Assembly (NCBI GenBank): GCA_028718325.1
Contig: JAQUMB010000002.1
Location: 1 to 50,871, forward strand
Direction: 5' to 3'
Length of the DNA stretch: 50,871 nt
Origin: Patescibacteria group bacterium
GTDB taxonomy: Bacteria; Patescibacteriota; CPR2; UBA1875; CAIMLA01
A model generated the notes under the pieces. It did no database searches and was not told where the DNA came from. It saw nothing but the letters and a program-made list of their open reading frames with translations. The translations under genes were made by a program, and so were the position numbers. This document shows, piece after piece, positions 31,619 to 39,773 of this stretch (the first letter of the stretch is position 1; each line of letters starts with the position of its first letter).

Positions 31619-32167
31619 ATGGACATATTTAATGCATTTATTCAACCATTTATAACGTTAGCCCCGAAACTACCAAATGCGATCATAAATTTTATCATTG
31701 GATTTTTAATTATAAAAATTGCTATTTTTGTTCTCAAAAGGTCAATAAAATATCTCAGGTTGACAAAAGCAGTCAGGGGATTAATAGTAGCTTGTGCAAG
31801 TGCTTTTCTTTGGGCATTCTTGGTAATACACCTTCTTGACATTTTAGGGTTGGGGAATCTAATCGTCCTGATATCCGGTTCGGCAATTTTCTTAGGATTT
31901 ATCTTGAACCAAGGGCTGGCACAGACGATAAGCGATATCGTCTCAAGTATTGCGTTGGCTCAAGACAAAGACTTTAAAATAGGGACGAAAATCTCAATCA
32001 ACGAAGGGAAAACAGTCGGAGAAATAGTCTCATTAAGTATGCGAAAAGTGAGAATTTTAGACAAAAACGGTACGCTACATGTTGTACCAAACTCGGTTAT
32101 AGATAAAGCAGAGTGGGTGCTTATAGAAGGGCCGATAAAAAATGAAAGTCATAAATCAAAAAAATGA
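31619..32167 (+). CDS. Small MscS-family mechanosensitive channel-like protein
   Basis: Three TM segments followed by IGTKISINEGKTVGEIVSLSMRKVRILDKNGTLHVVPNSVI (MscS beta-domain pattern). Confidence 0.65.
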   Translation: MDIFNAFIQPFITLAPKLPNAIINFIIGFLIIKIAIFVLKRSIKYLRLTKAVRGLIVACASAFLWAFLVIHLLDILGLGNLIVLISGSAIFLGFILNQGLAQTISDIVSSIALAQDKDFKIGTKISINEGKTVGEIVSLSMRKVRILDKNGTLHVVPNSVIDKAEWVLIEGPIKNESHKSKK

Positions 32168-32774
32168 TAATCTTTGGGATGAGGTAGAGCGTTCGATCGA
32201 AGAACACTCACCATCAGGCTACAAAATATCTTGTATCGAAGCCGAAAAAGTTTTCATTTATGTTTTGAAAAGTAAAGGTTATCCGACCAAGGATATCAAC
32301 CAAACGCTAGCACTTTTTAGCTGGCGTCTAACTGATAAGGAAGGACTCAAAAAAGCTCTTAGAAAAACGGAACAAATAAAAACTACCTTTGACTATCAGA
32401 TGACAAGTTTTGAAGCCGAAGATATTGTTGAGTCATTCAAACAGGCAATAAAAGATTTTTCTGAAGCTAAATCCTTGTCTTGGCAGCGCAAGATGGTGTT
32501 TCTCTGGCAGAACTATTTATCACTTAAAACCTCTTTTGCGAAAAGGACAATAATTGGATTTTTGGGATTCTTCCTCATAATCAAACTTTTATCAAGTACC
32601 AAAGTTGGTCAGTCAATTGTTGTTTTTTTTGTAAGAATTTCCAATGTTATTTATTCATGGTTTGTCCTTTTGGGGTTAGTATCCATATCTTTATTAATAA
32701 TGGTTATTGTTATTTTTGCTTATCTAGAGAGAAAGAAAACTAGGATAAAGAGCATTGATGAAAAAAGGACTTGA
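32142..32774 (+). CDS. Hypothetical membrane protein; its N-terminal domain is paralogous to the 29689-30135 product and it has C-terminal TM helices
   Basis: KISCIEAEKVFIYVLKSKGY aligns with KTSIMEADKLVDYVLKSKRI, and AEDIVESFKQAIKDF aligns with AKRAMEYYKKALKEL. It has two or three C-terminal TM helices and overlaps the mscS-like gene by 26 nt. Confidence 0.5.
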   Translation: MKVINQKNDNLWDEVERSIEEHSPSGYKISCIEAEKVFIYVLKSKGYPTKDINQTLALFSWRLTDKEGLKKALRKTEQIKTTFDYQMTSFEAEDIVESFKQAIKDFSEAKSLSWQRKMVFLWQNYLSLKTSFAKRTIIGFLGFFLIIKLLSSTKVGQSIVVFFVRISNVIYSWFVLLGLVSISLLIMVIVIFAYLERKKTRIKSIDEKRT

Positions 32775-32892
32775 GCGAGAGGCCACAGATAGCTTAGAAT
32801 AGTCTTAGTTGGGTAGTCGGAACTTTACAAAAAGGCCGTATCTGTGTGTGGTCTTTTTAAAAATTAAAAAAACAAATGAGGGGATTGATACT

Positions 32893-35800
32893 TTGTCTAA
32901 AACAAAAACAAATTTTGTCCATTTACATGTTCATACGCATTATTCTTTGCTTGACGGCATGGGCAAAATACCTGACTACTTAGATAAGGCCAAAGAAATG
33001 GGTTTACCAGCCCTAGCCATTACTGATCATGGGGTAATGTATGGAGCAATCGAATTTTACAAAGAAGCAAAAAAACGTGATATTAAACCAATAATCGGAT
33101 GCGAATGCTATATTGCCCCGCGCAAATTAACCGATAAGACAGGAAAGATTGACACAAAACCATATCATCTAGTTCTTTTGGCAAAAACCTTAATTGGCTA
33201 TAAAAACTTGATGAAATTAGTAACTATCGCTCATTTGGAAGGTTACTACTATAAACCGAGGATTGATAAAGAACTTTTGGCTGCAAACTCGGAAGGACTG
33301 ATCGCTCTTTCCGCCTGTATTCACGGAGAAGTTGCTAATCAAATTATTAATGTCAACCGGGAAGCAGCAAAAAAAGCAGCATTAGAGTACAACAAAATGT
33401 TTGGTCAAGGCGGATTCTATTTGGAGCTTCAGGATCACCCAGATCTTGCTGAACAAAAACTAGTTAATGCTGAACTGATAAAGCTTTCAAGGGAAACGGG
33501 AATTCCTTTGGTGGTAACTAATGATGTCCATTATGCTAACTTGGAAGATGCGGAAGCTCAGGATGTATTGATTTGTGTCCAGACGGGCAAACTTGTCAGC
33601 GATGAAGATCGGATGAGAATGACTTCCGATAACAGCATGCGTGACCCGGATGAATTAGCTAGTGTTTTCTCTGAGGTGCCGGAAGCTTTGGAAAATACGG
33701 TAAAGATAGCTGAAATGTGTGACCTGGAACTAGATTTAGGCAAAATTCTAATCCCTGACTTTCCTGTTCCAAAGTCATTTACCTTGAAATCATATCTAGA
33801 AAAGTTAGTCAAAGAGGGATTAGAGAGAAGATATGGTAAACCAAGCCAGGAGATAATGGACAGAGTAAATTATGAACTATCCGTTATCGAAAGAATGGGG
33901 TACGAAGGCTACTTTTTAATTGTCGCTGACTATGTTAATTGGGCAAAAGATAATGGTATTGTTGTTGGCCCTGGACGTGGGTCTGGGGCAGGTTCAGTGG
34001 TTGCTTATGCAATGAGAATCGTAGATATCGATCCGATAAAATATGACTTACTTTTTGAGCGATTTTTGAACCCGGATCGTATCTCTATGCCAGACTTTGA
34101 TATTGACTTTGCTGATGACCGTCGTCATGAGGTTATTCAGTATGTGACAGAAAAATATGGCAAAGACCATGTTGCTCAAATTATAACTTTTGGGACGATG
34201 GCAGCTCGTAATGCAATTAGGGATGTCGGACGAGTCATGGGGATTAGTTATGGGGAAGTAGATAAAATTGCCAAAGCTGTACCAGAGAAGATGCATCTGA
34301 AAGAAGCGATAGTTGATTCCCCAGAATTTGCAGCCTTGACAAGGGAGAACGAGGCATATCACAAATTGATTAATCTTGCGACGAAACTTGAAGGGGTCGC
34401 GAGGCATTCCTCAACTCATGCAGCAGGGGTGGTAATCTCAAAGGAGTCATTGGTCGAATATGCACCGTTACAAAAAGCCACAAAAGGAGAACTCTCAACA
34501 AACACCCAGTATGATATGGGGAGTTTAGAAAGCATTGGTCTTTTAAAAATGGATTTTTTGGGTCTATCTAACTTAACAACAATCAAGAATACAACCAGAA
34601 TTATCAAAAAAGTCTATGGTGAAGAAATCGATATTTATAATATTCCTATGGATGACAAAAAAACTTACAGTCTATTAGCAAAGGGAGACACTACGGGAGT
34701 GTTTCAGCTGGAATCTGCTGGGATGAAACGATATATCAAGGAACTAAAACCCACTGTATTTGAAGATATTGTGGCAATGGTTGCTCTCTATAGGCCGGGC
34801 CCTATGCAGTTTATTGATGACTTCATTGCTAGAAAACATGGTAAGAAAAAAATAAATTATGATCATCCCTTGATGGAAAATGCTCTTTCGAACACTTATG
34901 GCATTATTGTATACCAAGAACAATTAATGCAAGTAGCAAAAGACATGGCAGGCTTTTCTGGCGGAGATGCCGACACTCTAAGAAAGGCTATGGGTAAAAA
35001 AATTGCCGCCCTTATGGGGAAAATGCGTGAGAAATTTATATCTGGAGCGATAGCGAATGGGGTAGAAGAGCGTATAGCTACCAAAATATTTAATGATTTT
35101 GAAAATTTTGCTCAGTATGCATTCAATAAATCACACTCAGCTTGTTACGCCATGATTTCGTATTGGACAGCTTATCTAAAAGCCCACTACCCAAATGCTT
35201 TTATGGCAGCACTTTTAACAAGTGATTATGGCAACATAGATCGGATCGCGATTGAAATAGCAGAGTGCCAAAGAATGAAAATAGAGGTCTTGCCTCCAGA
35301 TGTTAATGAATCATTTGATGAGTTTGGTATTGTCAAGGAAAGTGGAAAAATCCGTTTTGGTTTGTCTGCTGTAAAGAATGTCGGGAAAGGAGTGATAGAG
35401 GCAATAATCGAGGCTCGCAAGAAAGACGGTAAATTTGCTTCAATTGAAGACTTTGCTCGTCGAGTAGAGGCAGCTGAGCTAAATAAAAAGGTTTTAGAAA
35501 GCCTGATAAAATGCGGAGCCTTTGATTCACTAGGAGATCGTGCAACCCTTCTCAGCAATATTGAAAGGATTTGTGTCTTTGCAGCCAGATCGCAAGGGAA
35601 CACAGCAAACGGTCAAATCGATCTGTTTGGCGGGACTAACATTGAATTGCCACCGCTAAAACTAGAAGAACCAAGTGAAAAAGTGACAACCGGGGATAAG
35701 CTAAATTGGGAAAAAGAACTGCTTGGTATTTATGTGTCCGAACATCCAACTTTGGCGTACAAAGATACATTTATAAGAGCGGGTTCAAAGAATATTTCTG

Positions 35801-36357
35801 ATATTACAGAAGAGCTGGCTGGTAAAAATGTTGTGGTTGGTGGTGTTATCACTCAACTGCAAAAAATACAAACCCGAACCAAGGAACAGATGTTTTTTGC
35901 TACATTTGAAGATAGCAGTGCTCGAACAGAGTTAATTGTTTTTCCGAAAATAATCAAACAATTTCCTGATCTTTGGTCAGTTGGAAAAATTCTTTTAGTT
36001 TTCGGCAAAGTGAATACAAAAGATAACCAAATAAAAATTATTTGCGAACGTGCAAAAGAGGTGGAGGAACAAATGTCAGAAATGGAAGAACAAAGTATAA
36101 AAATTACCGATCCTTTGATTACTCAGTCAGTTAAACAGGATAGTTCAGGTTCGGTTAATATCTTTATTCCTCGAGGAACTTCAGCCGAGGCCCTAAATGA
36201 TATCAAGCTAAAGCTATCTTTGAACAAAGGAGAAACTCCCGTAGTTGTATATGTTCCAAATGGTGCAAGTGGACCCAAAAAAGTAAAGCTACCTTTTGGA
36301 ATCGACTATACTTCAAAATTAGCCGATGAAATTTGCAAAAGGCTGGCGAAAAATTAA
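32893..36357 (+). CDS. dnaE: DNA polymerase III alpha subunit
   Basis: PHP domain FVHLHVHTHYSLLDG, the polymerase core (GPGRGSGAGSVVAY, PDFDIDF), HhH and an OB fold. A TTG start at 32893, preceded by GAGGGG, is preferred over the ORF-track 32809. Confidence 0.95.
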   Translation: MSKTKTNFVHLHVHTHYSLLDGMGKIPDYLDKAKEMGLPALAITDHGVMYGAIEFYKEAKKRDIKPIIGCECYIAPRKLTDKTGKIDTKPYHLVLLAKTLIGYKNLMKLVTIAHLEGYYYKPRIDKELLAANSEGLIALSACIHGEVANQIINVNREAAKKAALEYNKMFGQGGFYLELQDHPDLAEQKLVNAELIKLSRETGIPLVVTNDVHYANLEDAEAQDVLICVQTGKLVSDEDRMRMTSDNSMRDPDELASVFSEVPEALENTVKIAEMCDLELDLGKILIPDFPVPKSFTLKSYLEKLVKEGLERRYGKPSQEIMDRVNYELSVIERMGYEGYFLIVADYVNWAKDNGIVVGPGRGSGAGSVVAYAMRIVDIDPIKYDLLFERFLNPDRISMPDFDIDFADDRRHEVIQYVTEKYGKDHVAQIITFGTMAARNAIRDVGRVMGISYGEVDKIAKAVPEKMHLKEAIVDSPEFAALTRENEAYHKLINLATKLEGVARHSSTHAAGVVISKESLVEYAPLQKATKGELSTNTQYDMGSLESIGLLKMDFLGLSNLTTIKNTTRIIKKVYGEEIDIYNIPMDDKKTYSLLAKGDTTGVFQLESAGMKRYIKELKPTVFEDIVAMVALYRPGPMQFIDDFIARKHGKKKINYDHPLMENALSNTYGIIVYQEQLMQVAKDMAGFSGGDADTLRKAMGKKIAALMGKMREKFISGAIANGVEERIATKIFNDFENFAQYAFNKSHSACYAMISYWTAYLKAHYPNAFMAALLTSDYGNIDRIAIEIAECQRMKIEVLPPDVNESFDEFGIVKESGKIRFGLSAVKNVGKGVIEAIIEARKKDGKFASIEDFARRVEAAELNKKVLESLIKCGAFDSLGDRATLLSNIERICVFAARSQGNTANGQIDLFGGTNIELPPLKLEEPSEKVTTGDKLNWEKELLGIYVSEHPTLAYKDTFIRAGSKNISDITEELAGKNVVVGGVITQLQKIQTRTKEQMFFATFEDSSARTELIVFPKIIKQFPDLWSVGKILLVFGKVNTKDNQIKIICERAKEVEEQMSEMEEQSIKITDPLITQSVKQDSSGSVNIFIPRGTSAEALNDIKLKLSLNKGETPVVVYVPNGASGPKKVKLPFGIDYTSKLADEICKRLAKN

Positions 36358-36375
36358 ATCAAAGAAGATATATTA

Positions 36376-36404
36376 TTGACTTCAGGTCACTTTTTTATTA
36401 CAAT
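36376..36404 (+). promoter_or_regulatory. Sigma70-type promoter for rplS
   Basis: TTGACT (36376-36381), 17 nt, TACAAT (36399-36404). Confidence 0.55.
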
Positions 36405-36450
36405 TAACCTCGCGTTTACATAATTTATGCCGATATTTATAGGGAACCAG

Positions 36451-37116
36451 ATGAAAACAATAGAAAGAATAAATGAAAAGCAGTTAAAAAATGTCCCGGA
36501 TCTAGCCCCTGGTGACACCGTCAAGGTGTATGCCAAAATTGTTGAGGGGAACAAGGAACGTATCCAAATCTTTGAGGGAGTGGTTTTGAGGATAAAGGGT
36601 AGTGGTATCGGAGCAACCTTCACAGTTCGAAAGATTTCTTACGGGACTGGCGTCGAGCGGACTTTTCTTTTACACTCACCAAAACTAACTAAAATTCAAA
36701 TTGCTAAAAGAGCAAAGGTTCGTCGAGCATACTTAACTTACCTTCGGGAACTGCGTGGCAAAAGCGCTAAATTGCATGACAAACAATTTGACTCGCTAGC
36801 AGTTAATATAAAAGAAGAAGAGCTAAAGCCTGAAGAACTGGCTCCCCCAACAACTGAATCAGACAACTTGGACAAAGAGATTACAGAGATGACCGAAGAG
36901 GCTTCGGATATCAAAGAAGGAGAGACTAACATTGAGGAAGTAGCAGAAGCGGAATTAGCAGAAGATAAGCAGACGATGAATGAAATTGATAAAGACGAGA
37001 CATTGGCTCCAAGTGCGGAGATAGCAGAAGGGCTAGAGAAAGCAGAAATTGATCTTGAAAAAGCCGAAACACACGAGGGGGAACAATCTGAAAAAAAATC
37101 TGAGGAAAAAATTTAA
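36451..37116 (+). CDS. rplS: 50S ribosomal protein L19 with an acidic C-terminal extension of about 110 aa
   Basis: [25 protein letters not shown]...[22 protein letters not shown]...[11 protein letters not shown]. The tail is E/D/K-rich. Confidence 0.92.
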   Translation: MKTIERINEKQLKNVPDLAPGDTVKVYAKIVEGNKERIQIFEGVVLRIKGSGIGATFTVRKISYGTGVERTFLLHSPKLTKIQIAKRAKVRRAYLTYLRELRGKSAKLHDKQFDSLAVNIKEEELKPEELAPPTTESDNLDKEITEMTEEASDIKEGETNIEEVAEAELAEDKQTMNEIDKDETLAPSAEIAEGLEKAEIDLEKAETHEGEQSEKKSEEKI

Positions 37117-37141
37117 CAAAAAACAAATCGGATTTAATTTT

Positions 37142-37170
37142 AAAGAGGCCAAGATGCCTCTTTTTGTTTT
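37142..37170 (+). terminator. Rho-independent terminator after rplS
   Basis: AAGAGGC-caagat-GCCTCTT followed by TTTGTTTTG. Confidence 0.7.
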
Positions 37171-37186
37171 GATGTATAATAGCAAC

Positions 37187-37804
37187 ATGGTAATTGAACC
37201 GACACTTGAAGAGGAACAAAGGCTTTGGTCAGAAGGACTTAGCCTGATTGGGGGAATCGATGAAGCCGGGCGGGGGTCTTGGGCCGGTCCCGTAGTAGCT
37301 GCTGTAGTTGTTTTGCCTAAAACGGTTAAGAAAGCGAAATTCGTCAGGGATTCAAAGCTTTTGTCTCCAAAAAAAAGAGGAGAACTATACGGGACTATTA
37401 TCGAACAATGCAGTGATTTTGGGGTAGGGATCATCGGCCATAAAGTTATTGATAAAGTAGGTATCAACGAAGCAACAAAAATGGCAGCCAATGATGCCAT
37501 CAATATGTTGAAAACTTCACCAGAGTATCTATTGATTGATGCAATTGATTTGTCCAAACATTGCAGTATCAATCAAAAATCAATAATCAAAGGTGACCAA
37601 AAAATTTATTCCATTTCATGTGCTTCAATAATCGCAAAAGTAACTAGGGACAATCTGATGTCAAACTTATGCGAAGAATACAAAAAATATGAATTTTATT
37701 CGCATAAAGGTTATGGGACCAAAAGACATCAAGAGCTTTTGGCTGAATATGGTCCATGCAATATTCATCGTTTCTCGTATGCGCCCATAAGGAAATATCT
37801 GTGA
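37187..37804 (+). CDS. rnhB: Ribonuclease HII
   Basis: GGIDEAGRGSWAGPVVAAVVV plus the SKLLS and DSK-type motifs. The start is placed after the rplS terminator; the ORF-track start at 37049 overlaps rplS. Confidence 0.9.
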   Translation: MVIEPTLEEEQRLWSEGLSLIGGIDEAGRGSWAGPVVAAVVVLPKTVKKAKFVRDSKLLSPKKRGELYGTIIEQCSDFGVGIIGHKVIDKVGINEATKMAANDAINMLKTSPEYLLIDAIDLSKHCSINQKSIIKGDQKIYSISCASIIAKVTRDNLMSNLCEEYKKYEFYSHKGYGTKRHQELLAEYGPCNIHRFSYAPIRKYL

Positions 37805-38157
37805 GTCGGGAAATAGGAATTATCGGGGAAGATATTGCCTGCAAGATACTAATTGATATGGGCTATGTGATTGTCGAGAGAAACTATCATTCAAAATTTG
37901 GCGAGATTGACATTATTGCTAGATTGGATACAAAAATTATTTTTGTTGAAGTCAAGTATAAAGAAGATCAGGGGTACGGCTTACCTCAAGAAGCAGTAAC
38001 CAGACAAAAAATACGAAAAATAATAAAGACAGCCCGATATTATTTACATGAAAGCGAGCTTAGTGAAACTGATTGGCAGATTGACGTTTTAGCAATTGCC
38101 AAGGAAAAAGGATCGTACAATCTAATAGAAAATATCTATATTGAAGGTCTAAGCTAA
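37801..38157 (+). CDS. yraN: YraN/UPF0102 family endonuclease-like protein
   Basis: GEDIACKILIDMGYVIVERNYHSKFGEIDIIA...IFVEVKYK. The GTG start overlaps the rnhB stop (GTGA). Confidence 0.85.
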   Translation: MSREIGIIGEDIACKILIDMGYVIVERNYHSKFGEIDIIARLDTKIIFVEVKYKEDQGYGLPQEAVTRQKIRKIIKTARYYLHESELSETDWQIDVLAIAKEKGSYNLIENIYIEGLS

Positions 38158-38165
38158 AGGTATCC

Positions 38166-38194
38166 TTGACACACAGTATCTTAGGGAGTATAAT
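38166..38194 (+). promoter_or_regulatory. Perfect-consensus sigma70 promoter upstream of nusA
   Basis: TTGACA (38166-38171), 17 nt, TATAAT (38189-38194). Confidence 0.65.
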
Positions 38195-38202
38195 TAACAT
38201 GC

Positions 38203-38238
38203 AGTCGGATTTCGTGTCAGAAATGCGACTTTTTTGTT
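38203..38238 (+). terminator. Intrinsic terminator/attenuator hairpin at the very start of the nusA leader
   Basis: AGTCGgATTTC-gtgtca-GAAATgCGACT (10 bp with one G.G mismatch) followed by TTTTTGTT. It begins about 9 nt after the -10 box. Confidence 0.55.
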
Positions 38239-38367
38239 CGAAACGGCGTATTAAGCCGATTCTAAGTAAATTATTAGATAATATAAAAGACAATTAAATA
38301 ACAAAAGAATAGTCCTACTTCTAAAGCAGAGTTTATCAGCCTTAGGCGGGGACGACAAAGGGGAAAA

Positions 38368-39756
38368 ATGGATAAACAGTTTGCTTCGGCAATAAACCAA
38401 ATTTGTACTGAAAAAAATATCTCTAAGGAAGTAGTAATAGCCACGATTGAAGATGCTTTAGCAGCTGCTTATAAAAAAGATTACGGTAATAAAAAGCAAG
38501 AAGTTAGAGTGGAGCTAAGCGAAGATGGAGAAACCCTTGTTTTTGTGTCAAAAGAGGTGGTTGAAGAAGTTGAGGATAAATTTACTCAAATCAGTTTGAC
38601 AGATGCATATAAATTGAAAAAAAGTGCCAAGGTCGGGGATATTATTGAAATAAAAGATTTTCCTAGTGATTTCGGGCGAATAGCAGCCCAAACAGCCAAG
38701 CAGGTCATTATCCAGAGGATAAGAGAAGCAGAAAGAGATATGGTTTTTGGAGAATACAAAGACAAAGAAGGAGAGGTCATTAATGGAACTATCCAACGGA
38801 TTGAAGGCAGCAATGTTATCGTTGATATCGGCAAAGCTTCGGGAATTTTATTTCCAAATGAACAGATCAAAGAAGAGCGATATTATGTTGGCCAGAGGCT
38901 AAAATTCTTTGTTGTCAGAGTAGAACAAAACGCTCGCGGTCCACAAATTGTTATTTCCAGATCTCACCCGGGCCTAGTTAAAAGACTTTTTGAACTTGAA
39001 GTGCCTGAAATACTGTCTGGTGTAGTCGAGATAAAATCAATCGCAAGAGAAGCTGGAGAGAGAACCAAGATCGCTGTCCAAAGCACACAAGAAGGAGTAG
39101 ATCCCGTAGGGTCTTGTGTCGGTCAGAGGGGAGTTAGAGTGCAGGCTGTAATGTCAGAAATTGGTGAAGAAAAGATTGACATTATCCTTTGGGACGAAGA
39201 CCCGAAAGTCTTTATCTCGAACTCTTTATCCCCAGCCAAGGTTAGCGAAATCATTTTGAATGAAGGCGAACAAAAAGCAGAAGTTCGGGTTGCTGAGGAC
39301 CAATTATCTTTGGCAATTGGTAGGCAAGGACAAAATGTTCGGTTGGCAGCAAAATTAACTGGCTGGAATGTTGATATTCAAGGTGGCGACGAATCAGGAG
39401 TTGAAGCAGCTACAAAAATGGTTCATCCGGTCGAAGATAAAAGAGATTTGGAAGAAGAGATTTTGAAAGCGGTTGAGTCTACGGAGCCCGAGGCTCTGGA
39501 AGGTGCAGAAAAAAAGGAAAAGACAGATGTTGTCGACAAGGGCAATGAGCCAATTCAACAAGAAACGGCCGAAGATAAAACATCTGATCCGGACGCAAAA
39601 AAAGCATTAGATACACCAGTAAAGGCTGGCCAGGCTGATGTTACAGATGTCAGCTCTGATACAGCAAAAGACGAAGCAAAACCTGCAAAAGATGAGCAAA
39701 AAACAGACGAAGTTTCAAAAGTTTTAGAGGAAGAATCGGCCCAGAAAACTTCCTGA
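38368..39756 (+). CDS. nusA: Transcription termination/antitermination factor NusA with a low-complexity acidic C-terminal tail
   Basis: N-terminal domain, S1 (GEVINGTIQRIEGSNVIVDIG) and KH1/KH2 (GVDPVGSCVGQRGVRVQAV; LSLAIGRQGQNVRLAAKLTGW). Confidence 0.95.
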   Translation: MDKQFASAINQICTEKNISKEVVIATIEDALAAAYKKDYGNKKQEVRVELSEDGETLVFVSKEVVEEVEDKFTQISLTDAYKLKKSAKVGDIIEIKDFPSDFGRIAAQTAKQVIIQRIREAERDMVFGEYKDKEGEVINGTIQRIEGSNVIVDIGKASGILFPNEQIKEERYYVGQRLKFFVVRVEQNARGPQIVISRSHPGLVKRLFELEVPEILSGVVEIKSIAREAGERTKIAVQSTQEGVDPVGSCVGQRGVRVQAVMSEIGEEKIDIILWDEDPKVFISNSLSPAKVSEIILNEGEQKAEVRVAEDQLSLAIGRQGQNVRLAAKLTGWNVDIQGGDESGVEAATKMVHPVEDKRDLEEEILKAVESTEPEALEGAEKKEKTDVVDKGNEPIQQETAEDKTSDPDAKKALDTPVKAGQADVTDVSSDTAKDEAKPAKDEQKTDEVSKVLEEESAQKTS

Positions 39757-39773
39757 TAATAAGGAGGTAAGTC

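Noticed and set aside
32778-32860. Long-range inverted repeat (CACAGATA...TATCTGTG, with a loop of about 47 nt) plus a T-run upstream of dnaE
   Set aside because: Only about 8 bp pair perfectly and the loop is very large, so it is weak as a terminator or riboswitch-like element. It may simply terminate the upstream membrane-protein gene, and the evidence is insufficient for a feature call.
37033-37572. Long antisense ORFs, for example 37033-37572 (-, 179 aa), 42590-43081 (-, 163 aa), 9156-9560 (-, 134 aa), 35226-35603 (-, 125 aa), 34048-34407 (-, 119 aa) and 3718-4062 (-, 114 aa)
   Set aside because: Each lies entirely inside a well-supported conserved gene on the opposite strand. The translations are S/L/F/I-rich low-complexity sequences with no motifs. 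Such ORFs are expected by chance.
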